Positions 6,036-13,470 of a stretch of 32,000 nt of DNA are shown one piece after another. The position numbers were made by a program, and so were the translations under genes. The DNA comes from Candidatus Poseidoniaceae archaeon (GTDB lineage Archaea; Thermoplasmatota; Poseidoniia; Poseidoniales; Poseidoniaceae). The notes below the pieces were generated by a model. That model was given only the letters and a program-made list of their open reading frames with translations, ran no database searches and was not told the origin of the DNA. Positions within the stretch are counted from its first letter, which is position 1. Each line of letters starts with the position of its first letter. The stretch is taken from assembly GCA_943789275.1 (NCBI GenBank), contig CALSTM010000002.1, positions 1 through 32,000 on the forward strand, in the 5' to 3' direction.

Positions 6036-7037
6036 ATGATGGAGGTCCGTAAGAAATCGAAGCGAACCTTCATGCCCCATGTGCGCTGCCATCGAATCAT
6101 GTCCAGTGGTAGCGCACCTCCACCACCTCAGCCGCCAGGCGGCTCAATGCTGATGATGCTGGGTGTAATGGTCATGATGACATTGCTCATCATGAACCCC
6201 GATATACGAACAACACTCGGTGATGTTGCCGACCCGATTCTTGACCCTATTTTACCACAGGAAGCTTATTTCGTACTCACAGTTCTCATTCTTGGTAGTT
6301 TCTCGATGACCATGAACACTGTTCTTCGAAATTTCTTCACTGACCCAATGGCTCAAGCACACATCGGTCACCGACAAGGCCAAGTCCGACGAATGATGAA
6401 CGATGCACGAGTCTCAAGAGACCCAATCTTGCAAGAGAAAGCAACCACTCTGCAACAGCAAATGATGCCTGAGCAACTTAAAGTGCAGATGGGTGCAATG
6501 AAACCAATGATGTTCACGATGGTTTTCATCATCGGTATTTTTGCTTGGTTAACCACCGCCGTGGAAAGTTTCCGAGTTGATTATGTCTCTTTACCATGGG
6601 CATCCGAATGGAATCTTTTGGAAGACAAGTTCTTCTTTTTCCCTGCTTGGATCTGTGCCTACATCTGCATGAGTGCACCTCTTGGAAGAGTCATTGACCG
6701 ACACATCAAATTATTCCGCTACAGAAAACACCCGTTGGTTACTGCTGGTGAGACACTCAAAGAACCACTACTCCACTTGGTCGCATCGACTGGAACGCCA
6801 AAAGGCGGGGATGCACAACGAAGGCAACAACGAAACCAAAGAAACACAAATTCGAACCGCCGGAAATCCAAGTCCAACAAAAAAGATTCATCCAAAGTGG
6901 AAGAATCCAACGAAGGAAAGTCCGATTCGGTTTGGGATTCAAATTCCAACGAATGTCCAAAATGTGGACTCACTATGGTCACCAGGATGGGACCTCGCAC
7001 AAGAAAGTGTGATGTTTGCCGTCATGAGTGGGTGTAA
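6036..7037 (+). CDS. DUF106 / Oxa1-superfamily (EMC3/YidC-like) membrane protein with a basic C-terminal tail and terminal zinc ribbon
   Basis: It has the DUF106-type layout: a TM helix, a long Q/M-rich helical hairpin (QEKATTLQQQMMPEQLKVQMGAMKPMMFTMVFIIGIFAWL), then further TM helices. It holds the conserved position immediately upstream of archaeal cmk. The track start at 5856 is a GTG that overlaps the opposite-strand ORF, so I use the first ATG (6036). ATG 6099 is also possible. Confidence 0.7.
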   Translation: MMEVRKKSKRTFMPHVRCHRIMSSGSAPPPPQPPGGSMLMMLGVMVMMTLLIMNPDIRTTLGDVADPILDPILPQEAYFVLTVLILGSFSMTMNTVLRNFFTDPMAQAHIGHRQGQVRRMMNDARVSRDPILQEKATTLQQQMMPEQLKVQMGAMKPMMFTMVFIIGIFAWLTTAVESFRVDYVSLPWASEWNLLEDKFFFFPAWICAYICMSAPLGRVIDRHIKLFRYRKHPLVTAGETLKEPLLHLVASTGTPKGGDAQRRQQRNQRNTNSNRRKSKSNKKDSSKVEESNEGKSDSVWDSNSNECPKCGLTMVTRMGPRTRKCDVCRHEWV

Positions 7038-7039
7038 GC

Positions 7040-7576
7040 ATGCTACGTATCACCGTTTCAGGGCACCCAGGAAGCGGTACGAGTACCCTCGTAAAGGCGC
7101 TGATGGCTCATTACTCCTGGACATCACTCAACGGTGGAGACGTCTTTCGACAGGAAGCGGCGCGCCGTGGAATGAGCCTTGGTGACTTTGGAGAGTTGTG
7201 CAAATCTGATTTGAATGTCGACCGTGAGTTGGATCAACTGCTGCAACAACAAATGCAGGATGGCTCATCGCAAATCGTCGAATCACGACTTGCTGGATGG
7301 TGGGCGTATCGACTTGAAATGCCATGTGTTCGGCTCTGGCTTGATGTTGATGAAACTGAAAGGGCAAATCGAGTTGTTCGCCGGGAAGGAGGTTCTATAG
7401 AAGAAGCCTTAGAGGCGAATAAAAAACGCTCCTCGGTGGATGCAGAACGCTTTATGGAACTGTACCAAATCTTGCCTGAACAGCGAGAACCCTATACCAC
7501 AGTACTTGACGCGACAAACCTCGGCAGTGAGGAAGTCCTTGCTGCGGTCATATCAATTTTGGAGGAAAAAGCATGA
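7040..7576 (+). CDS. cmk: cytidylate (CMP) kinase, archaeal type
   Basis: P-loop ITVSGHPGSGTSTL, LNGGDVFRQEA, ESRLAGWW and LDVDETERANRV, at ~178 aa, match archaeal Cmk. The ATG at 7040 directly follows the DUF106 stop; the track start at 7028 is a GTG. The stop overlaps the cbf5 ATG as ATGA. Confidence 0.85.
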   Translation: MLRITVSGHPGSGTSTLVKALMAHYSWTSLNGGDVFRQEAARRGMSLGDFGELCKSDLNVDRELDQLLQQQMQDGSSQIVESRLAGWWAYRLEMPCVRLWLDVDETERANRVVRREGGSIEEALEANKKRSSVDAERFMELYQILPEQREPYTTVLDATNLGSEEVLAAVISILEEKA

Positions 7577-8541
7577 CACTACACGTTCTTGATGCAGAAG
7601 CAAAAACCAACCCTTCAATCGGTGGAAACCCAGATGAACGTGACGTGGAAGAGCGCCTAGCCTCTGGATTTATTCTTCTCGACAAGCCTGCTGGACCAAC
7701 ATCACATCAACTTGCTTCTTGGGCTCGTGACCTGTTTGGTCTTGAGAGACTTGGCCACGGTGGTACGCTTGACCCCTTTGCAACAGGCGTGTTACCATTG
7801 ATGGCAGGAAAATCGATGAAGTTGACCAAGAAGATTCTAACCCACAAAAAAACATACATCTGCGTATTCAGATTTGCATCAAAGCCAGATGAAGAGCAAC
7901 TTGGTAAGGTGATGAAGCAACTCACCGGACGTGTTTACAATGTACCTCCGGAAGTTTCTGCAGTCAAGGTTCAAGTCCGAACTCGAAAAATATTCACTTT
8001 TGAGAAGTTAGAGATGAAAGCCAATGATATGATTGCTCGAGTCTATTGTGAAGCGGGTACATACATTCGAACCATTGCCCGAGACATGGGTTTGCTCTTG
8101 GACATGAAAGTTCAACTGAAGGAATTGCGTCGAGAAACGACAGGCGTGTTCAAACTCGAAGATTGCATTACCATGCAAGAATTAGCTGACGCAGTTTGGC
8201 TCTGGAAAGAACGGGATCAGCCCGAAGCACTTCTGCGCGTCATACACCCAATTGAAAAATTACTGTTGGACTTGCCAACTGCCACGGTCAAGGACAGTGC
8301 CGCAGCTGCACTGGCACATGGAGCGCCGTTGTTACGGCCAGGATTAGTCGACATCCAAAGCGGCGTCAAATCCGGCAAAGACATCATGATTCAAACGCTC
8401 AAAGGCGAGGCGGTTGGTATTGTAACGCTCACGCTGGGAACGGATGAACTTGTAGCCATCGACGAAGGTGAAGTCGCACGACCAAACATGGTCTTGCTCG
8501 ACGAAGGATTATACCCTCGTCGCTGGAAGTCTCCAGAATGA
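7573..8541 (+). CDS. cbf5: tRNA/rRNA pseudouridine synthase Cbf5 (TruB family with C-terminal PUA domain), catalytic subunit of the H/ACA RNP
   Basis: Motifs LLDKPAGPTSHQ and GHGGTLDPFATGVLPL (catalytic Asp motif). The C-terminal PUA-like segment is ATVKDSAAAALAHGAPLLRPGL. GGAGGA lies upstream of the ATG. Confidence 0.9.
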   Translation: MTLHVLDAEAKTNPSIGGNPDERDVEERLASGFILLDKPAGPTSHQLASWARDLFGLERLGHGGTLDPFATGVLPLMAGKSMKLTKKILTHKKTYICVFRFASKPDEEQLGKVMKQLTGRVYNVPPEVSAVKVQVRTRKIFTFEKLEMKANDMIARVYCEAGTYIRTIARDMGLLLDMKVQLKELRRETTGVFKLEDCITMQELADAVWLWKERDQPEALLRVIHPIEKLLLDLPTATVKDSAAAALAHGAPLLRPGLVDIQSGVKSGKDIMIQTLKGEAVGIVTLTLGTDELVAIDEGEVARPNMVLLDEGLYPRRWKSPE

Positions 8542-8653
8542 ATCAAGGATTCACGCTTCAACGTATTCTTCGTAAATATATTCTTCAGTTTCTATTCGTA
8601 TTTTCAATACAGACATATGATTCCCACATCCACTTTGTCAACGGGTGTTGAAC

Positions 8654-8681
8654 GGCCCCCACGGCCTCAAAGCAATTTTTT
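8654..8681 (+). terminator. possible cbf5 terminator: short GGCC-N5-GGCC hairpin followed by T6 (8676..8681); a second T6 lies at 8714..8719
   Basis: Read directly from the sequence. Archaeal RNA polymerase terminates at oligo-T tracts. These are the first T6 runs after the cbf5 stop, but they lie 135 nt downstream of it. Confidence 0.3.
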
Positions 8682-8772
8682 GTGAGACGGTCTCCCTATG
8701 AAGTTTGAGGGTGTTTTTTGCGTTATCCGACACCCGATGTTGGAATGAGGCTGTCCATCGCTGCGTCTTTCA

Positions 8773-11166
8773 TCACTGCAATTTTTTGATCTTTGGAGGA
8801 GTCAAAAATACAAAGGCACCGACAATTGCTAACAGTGCGACAACCGTGAGGCCCCAGAACATTCCTTCTGAGACTCCGTCCGAACCTGAGGCAGAATCTT
8901 CACTGGCGGGTGAGGCTTCAATGGCGATAGCAATCTGGGCCTCATTGTTGTCTTCAATTCCCTCAGAAATTTCGGAACCTCGGTCGATGACGGCGCGTAA
9001 TTGCTTCTGCCCACTGTCTTCGGGAACTTGCCAGTCAAACGTTACGTAGGCAACTGAGCCGGGCTGAAGAACGGGAATCGTATCGTAATCAATCAACTGT
9101 GAGTCAACCTCACAACGAACTGAAATCATGGATGCTTCTGCCTGTCCAATGTTGCGGACAAATACTCGGATGGACAGAATATCTCCGGCACGGATTTCTT
9201 CACTTCCAACATCAATTTCTTCGACAACCAGGTCAGGTAAGGAGAGTACTTCCAAATCCATTATTCGCTCATGGCATGAGTTTTGGTCGCACAGAGACAC
9301 GAGGACCGAAGTAAAGCCAGGAGTCGGCGGGACAACAGTGATGGTTTTGTTGAAGACATCAATCGATGCCCATGACCGGTTGGTCGAGGCTGTAAGTCCC
9401 GTTGAATCAACATCTGAGTAATCAAAAGGAAGAACAGTAGAAACGGCCAACTCGACTGGAATTAAAGACTGGAATTCCTGCAAAACTGGCGTATCATCAA
9501 CAGTGGCAACATTGGTGATGAATGTTTCACTCCACGTGTTTCCTGAGGAATCTACGACGGTTGTAAGAATTGTAGCCTGTCCGCTTGCTTCAGGTTGAAG
9601 AGAAATTCGAATATCACCTTGAGTTAAATCAACCGTGACCAATTCCGGATTTGAGTTGGTGAAACTGACCACGAGGTCTTCACTAACGGTTCGGTCATCC
9701 GTGCATCGATACAAGAACGGAAGGATACGCCCTCCTCCATCTTCAGTGAGGGATTGGTCACCAACTGGGATGCATTCAGGGTCTTCATCCCATTCGATGT
9801 CGTAGCCTCCCGTAACGCTCATGGAAGTGATTTCCAAAGCAGTCGTACTTTCATTGCCAAGCGAATCCCAGGTAAACCATGACTTCAGTTCGACTTTCAA
9901 GGAAGTATCACCAGCGTCCATAAACTGCCCGACAGGGAAGCTATGGGAAAGCGACGGATTGAGGGCAACCGCTTCGTTGGTTACCAGCTCATCGTTGACG
10001 AACAGAAGCCAGCGTGAATAGACCGGGTCGAGCCCATCGACATCTCCAAAAATCCGTCCTTGAAGTGAAAGGGTTGGGTCGTTCACATCGACGGTAATAT
10101 CGGAAATACACGCATCGGTCGTGGTGAAGCGAAGTTGTGTGTAAGCCTGGTCTGGAAGCAACATATGCTCATCCATTGCAGCAAAATCTGAGAAGCTCAT
10201 TCCATCGCTTGAGAAGGCGTATTCCAAGAGTACGTCATCTTGAGATTCGTTGTCCAATGAATAGTGAACACGCCCAATCCGTTGCTGAGGTGGCGTCGCT
10301 ATGATCTCGCTGGTCCATGCGCCACTGGTTCCACTGACGCTTGACTGGAGGCCACAATCGGAGAGAGCCATGTTGTTGGAGTTTCCCTTCTCCAAGTCAA
10401 GAGCCATTACGGGCATGGAATGGCCGGAGAATTCAGCCTGTGCTGAGCCGTATTCGCCTCCATACCATGGAGTCCTCATTGTGACTCGCATTCCAACTGC
10501 ATCCACCTCCAATCGTGTATCGTCGGTTGAACCAACCGAGACATAATCCAAAGTGAGAATCGAGGACTGGAGCGATTCCCATGTCCATTCGGTCAATTCA
10601 GAAACGTTTGATGACCAAGGATTGGACAGATAAGCAAGGGAACTTTGCGTGTTGGAAAAAGTCACTAACGATTCATATTGTCCGCCGTAATTGATCGAAA
10701 ATCGGACCGAATCTTGGTAAAGTGGACCTGGAACTGAAAAGGCAACAACAACATCCACCGCTAGAATCTGGTACTGCGTTGAACCGAAAGCATTGAACGA
10801 TGTCAATTCAATCACCGGCCCAGTTGACCAGGAGATGGACCCATCTGGCATGCCGAGGGAGTTGTTGGATTCTGTAGGCGTCGATTGGGCCCAGAAGGTC
10901 ATGCTGTCAAGGTTTTGAGGTCGGTGATGAACCATCGTCATTCGTTGGTCAGCGACCATGGCCTCGGTATAGGTCGCCGGGTCTTCTGAAAAAGATGTGA
11001 ATGCACCAAGGCTCCACTCTGACGGTTGGGAAAAAGAACCATCCGGAAACAAATCCACGGTGTTTGTTTGATGGACTGAACGCCCAGCTACCGAACCAAA
11101 TGGTGCCAACAGAAGTATTGAAAGAAGAAAAACGACCGTTGTGAACCTTGCCGTGTTCGCTCGCAT
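8773..11166 (-). CDS. large secreted surface protein with a CARDB-like domain and a C-terminal TM anchor
   Basis: Signal/anchor peptide MRANTARFTTVVFLLSILLLAPFGSVAG from ATG 11166; the track's longer start is 11241. The CARDB-like segment is LPDLVVEEIDVGSEEIRAGDILSIRVFVRNIGQ...VTFDWQVPEDSGQKQLRAVID...NNEAQIAI (~8926..9245). The C-terminus is an S/D/E-rich linker, then FWGLTVVALLAIVGAFVFL, then PPKIKKLQ. Confidence 0.8.
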   Translation of the reverse strand: MRANTARFTTVVFLLSILLLAPFGSVAGRSVHQTNTVDLFPDGSFSQPSEWSLGAFTSFSEDPATYTEAMVADQRMTMVHHRPQNLDSMTFWAQSTPTESNNSLGMPDGSISWSTGPVIELTSFNAFGSTQYQILAVDVVVAFSVPGPLYQDSVRFSINYGGQYESLVTFSNTQSSLAYLSNPWSSNVSELTEWTWESLQSSILTLDYVSVGSTDDTRLEVDAVGMRVTMRTPWYGGEYGSAQAEFSGHSMPVMALDLEKGNSNNMALSDCGLQSSVSGTSGAWTSEIIATPPQQRIGRVHYSLDNESQDDVLLEYAFSSDGMSFSDFAAMDEHMLLPDQAYTQLRFTTTDACISDITVDVNDPTLSLQGRIFGDVDGLDPVYSRWLLFVNDELVTNEAVALNPSLSHSFPVGQFMDAGDTSLKVELKSWFTWDSLGNESTTALEITSMSVTGGYDIEWDEDPECIPVGDQSLTEDGGGRILPFLYRCTDDRTVSEDLVVSFTNSNPELVTVDLTQGDIRISLQPEASGQATILTTVVDSSGNTWSETFITNVATVDDTPVLQEFQSLIPVELAVSTVLPFDYSDVDSTGLTASTNRSWASIDVFNKTITVVPPTPGFTSVLVSLCDQNSCHERIMDLEVLSLPDLVVEEIDVGSEEIRAGDILSIRVFVRNIGQAEASMISVRCEVDSQLIDYDTIPVLQPGSVAYVTFDWQVPEDSGQKQLRAVIDRGSEISEGIEDNNEAQIAIAIEASPASEDSASGSDGVSEGMFWGLTVVALLAIVGAFVFLTPPKIKKLQ

Positions 11167-11250
11167 AGTGGTGCTAGACAACCGAATACACTTGAATGCA
11201 AGGGTGCTATGTGCCCCTGATTTGTCAATTGAGACAAACATCCCACTGCG

Positions 11251-11263
11251 GATTATTGAAATA
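11251..11263 (+). promoter_or_regulatory. possible TATA-like element (GATTATTGAAATA) upstream of tRNA-His
   Basis: It is the only AT-rich element in the 11167-11293 intergenic region and lies ~31-43 nt upstream of the mature tRNA 5' end. Not otherwise supported. Confidence 0.25.
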
Positions 11264-11293
11264 CCACGCGCATAACCGCGAGTTACCTCTCAT

Positions 11294-11366
11294 GGCTGTG
11301 ATGGTGTAGGGGTTAGCACGGCAGATTGTGGTTCTGCCAGCCCGAGTTCGATTCTCGGTCACGGCC
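11294..11366 (+). tRNA. tRNA-His (anticodon GTG) with an encoded G-1
   Basis: Folded by hand. Acceptor stem GCTGTGA/TCACGGC. G-1 (11294) pairs with discriminator C73 (11366), the tRNA-His hallmark. D stem GTGT/GCAC. Anticodon stem GCAGA/TCTGC with loop TTGTGGT (anticodon at 11328..11330). The variable loop is 4 nt. T arm CCGAG-TTCGATT-CTCGG. No CCA is encoded. A T4 run follows. Confidence 0.85.
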
Positions 11367-11375
11367 CCTTTTACT

Positions 11376-12011
11376 TCAGACCAGTTTATCTTGGTCAATT
11401 TCATGACCCATACGTTCCACTTTCGTTTCGAGGTAGGACCGGTTTTGGTCACCAACACCGACGACAAGAGGTATGCGTTCTGCAACTTCTATTCCGTGAG
11501 TTTCAAGTTGCTCTTGCTTGTTGGGGTTATTCGAAAGGAGGTTCACACGAGGCACACCTAATGAGGCAAGCATGCTTGCAGCAATACTGTAATCTCTTCC
11601 GTCTGCTGGAAATCCAAGCATGAGGTTTGCATCCAAGGTATCTGCGCCTTGGTCTTGAAGATGATAGGCTTGAATCTTAGCATGCAAGCCGATTCCTCGA
11701 CCTTCTTGACGTAAGTAGAGGAGGCAACCCCATCCATGAGCTACGATGGTTTTCAATGCCGATTCAAGTTGCGGTCCACAATCGCATCGCAGGCTGCCCA
11801 AAACATCGCCAGTGAGACATTCTGAATGAAGGCGAACGAGGACCGGGTCTGGACCGCTCATGTCCCCCAAGGTGAGAGCAACATGGTCGTAACCGGTTGA
11901 GGCTTCATGGAACACACGGATTTGGAAGTCGCCGTGGATGGTTGGCAATTGTGCCTTGCTCGGAATTGAATCGCGTTCTACTAATTCTACAGGCACTGAG
12001 TTCACGGTCAT
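11376..12011 (-). CDS. ribA: GTP cyclohydrolase II (riboflavin biosynthesis)
   Basis: Motifs RLHSECLTGDVLGSLRCDCGPQL (zinc-binding Cys motif), YLRQEGRGIGL and NLLSNNPNK. The protein is a stand-alone 211-aa GCH II. GAGGTGA lies upstream of the ATG. Confidence 0.9.
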   Translation of the reverse strand: MTVNSVPVELVERDSIPSKAQLPTIHGDFQIRVFHEASTGYDHVALTLGDMSGPDPVLVRLHSECLTGDVLGSLRCDCGPQLESALKTIVAHGWGCLLYLRQEGRGIGLHAKIQAYHLQDQGADTLDANLMLGFPADGRDYSIAASMLASLGVPRVNLLSNNPNKQEQLETHGIEVAERIPLVVGVGDQNRSYLETKVERMGHEIDQDKLV

Positions 12012-12274
12012 TGCGTCACCTCGATGAGAAATCGATACTCGCCGGCACGCTCCTCAACCGAGAGGATTTCCACTCCACCTCGATGTGCAAGCAAGGGCAT
12101 GTCATGCACCGTTTCCGGATCATCAGCCCATACTTCGAGAACTTGGCCAATCTCCATTCCTGCAATCGCTTTTTTGGCTTCCGCTACGGGGACTGGGCAA
12201 AAAAAACCAATGACGTCTAAGCGGTGAGTCGGAGAAGTTGTCGAACCTTCTCCAAGCATGACAACCTCGACCAT
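12008..12274 (-). CDS. TusA/SirA-like sulfur-carrier protein (CPxP motif)
   Basis: LDVIGFFCPVPVAEAKKAI contains the conserved Cys-Pro-x-Pro of the TusA family, at 88 aa. The stop overlaps the ribA ATG as ATGA. Confidence 0.7.
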   Translation of the reverse strand: MVEVVMLGEGSTTSPTHRLDVIGFFCPVPVAEAKKAIAGMEIGQVLEVWADDPETVHDMPLLAHRGGVEILSVEERAGEYRFLIEVTQ

Positions 12275-12392
12275 GGCCGTTCCTGCACTTCATCCCTTTC
12301 AAGTCCTCCGAACTAAGTGCATCAACAGATATCCTCGCTGAAAGTATCGCATTGTACCGCACCTTGATGAGGAAGGACGCCTACGCAAACCC

Positions 12393-13469
12393 ATGAGCAC
12401 GAACGTCAAGTCATCTTCCTCTAAGGATGATTTAGCGTGGTCAGAAGTCGGCCAACTTGGACTTCGCTACGCTCGCATCCCACTCGCGTTGCTTTTGGTT
12501 GAAGCATTTTATTGGTTTTTAACGCAGCCTTCGGACACCTTAGCACCGATTCAAGTGACCGAAGCATGGATTTGGAATGAGATTACCAATCTCCTCTACA
12601 GCGACGGCGAATACGTCGCCTCAACCCTTTCAACGCACAACGGTTGGATGACACGAATTGATTTCTATCATCCCAAGTTCCCCGGTAATTACGACACTGT
12701 AGGACTCTATGTTTCAGATGAATGTGCTGGCGTTCATGAAATGATATTCTTATCGACCTTAGTCGCCATGACCGAAGGCGTACCTCAACGCATCAAAATA
12801 CGTTCAATTCTGGTCATGTGCAGTATCGTCTATGTCCTTAACATAATGCGGTTAGTGATGTTTTATCCGATTGCTCGCAATGATTGCGTCGCCAATCCAA
12901 ACCAAGCCGAATGTCTTGGAGGAATGTGGGAGTTTCACACTGCGGTCTATGAATGGGGGTTTTTACTGGTCTTAGTCACCATGTGGGTCCTCTGGTTTTG
13001 GAGAGTAGGAGGTCCAGCTCGAACACTCGATGCAAGCAGTGCAGGGGATGAGAAGTGGAGATTGAAGTTTCGTCAATCATGGTCGAAGACGCAATTCCTT
13101 CTCATTGCAGGTGCAGTGCTACTCATGGTCTTCGCAGTCCAAAACGTCACATCAAATGAAGAAGCAATGTCGGCAAAAGAGACCCTGGAATTCTGTTACT
13201 TCTCTGAACTGGTGACCTCAGAATGTGGACAAGCCCAAAACCGATGGGATGATGCAATCGGCTATGCTTGGTCGCTTTCAGCACTGGGTATTGTCGTACT
13301 CGGTGCCACTTCGTTTGTCATTCAGCGACCGGATGAAAACGGCAAATGGCCGGTTAAAGAATCGAAAGTCACACCCAAAGAAACGGCAGCCAAACAAGAA
13401 CCAACTTCGCGTCATTCAAGCAAGAAATCAGGCTCGTGGAAGAAAAACAAGTCGACCGAAGAGGAATAA
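12393..13469 (+). CDS. exosortase/archaeosortase-family membrane protein (putative)
   Basis: Polytopic membrane protein. Candidate active-site Cys in VGLYVSDECAGVHEM (Cys111) and Arg in VLNIMRLV (Arg153, N-x-x-R motif, 42 aa after the Cys). A His lies in WEFHTAVYEWG. Order and spacing match the Cys/Arg/His arrangement of archaeosortases as I recall it. Not verified by search. Confidence 0.55.
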   Translation: MSTNVKSSSSKDDLAWSEVGQLGLRYARIPLALLLVEAFYWFLTQPSDTLAPIQVTEAWIWNEITNLLYSDGEYVASTLSTHNGWMTRIDFYHPKFPGNYDTVGLYVSDECAGVHEMIFLSTLVAMTEGVPQRIKIRSILVMCSIVYVLNIMRLVMFYPIARNDCVANPNQAECLGGMWEFHTAVYEWGFLLVLVTMWVLWFWRVGGPARTLDASSAGDEKWRLKFRQSWSKTQFLLIAGAVLLMVFAVQNVTSNEEAMSAKETLEFCYFSELVTSECGQAQNRWDDAIGYAWSLSALGIVVLGATSFVIQRPDENGKWPVKESKVTPKETAAKQEPTSRHSSKKSGSWKKNKSTEEE

Positions 13470-13470
13470 A

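Noticed and set aside
6673-7185. A 170-aa plus-strand ORF in an alternative frame across the DUF106 tail and the cmk start
   Set aside because: It is out of frame with two well-supported genes, and cmk's P-loop lies in the other frame. The sequence is low-complexity and basic.
8770-8776. A C-box-like GTGATGA (minus strand) at the stop codon of the 822-aa gene, which might suggest a C/D-box sRNA in the 230-nt convergent spacer after cbf5
   Set aside because: No CTGA D box lies at the appropriate 50-70 nt distance and there is no terminal stem, so the motif is explained by the ...CAG TGA stop context. An sRNA in 8542..8772 cannot be excluded without a covariance-model search.
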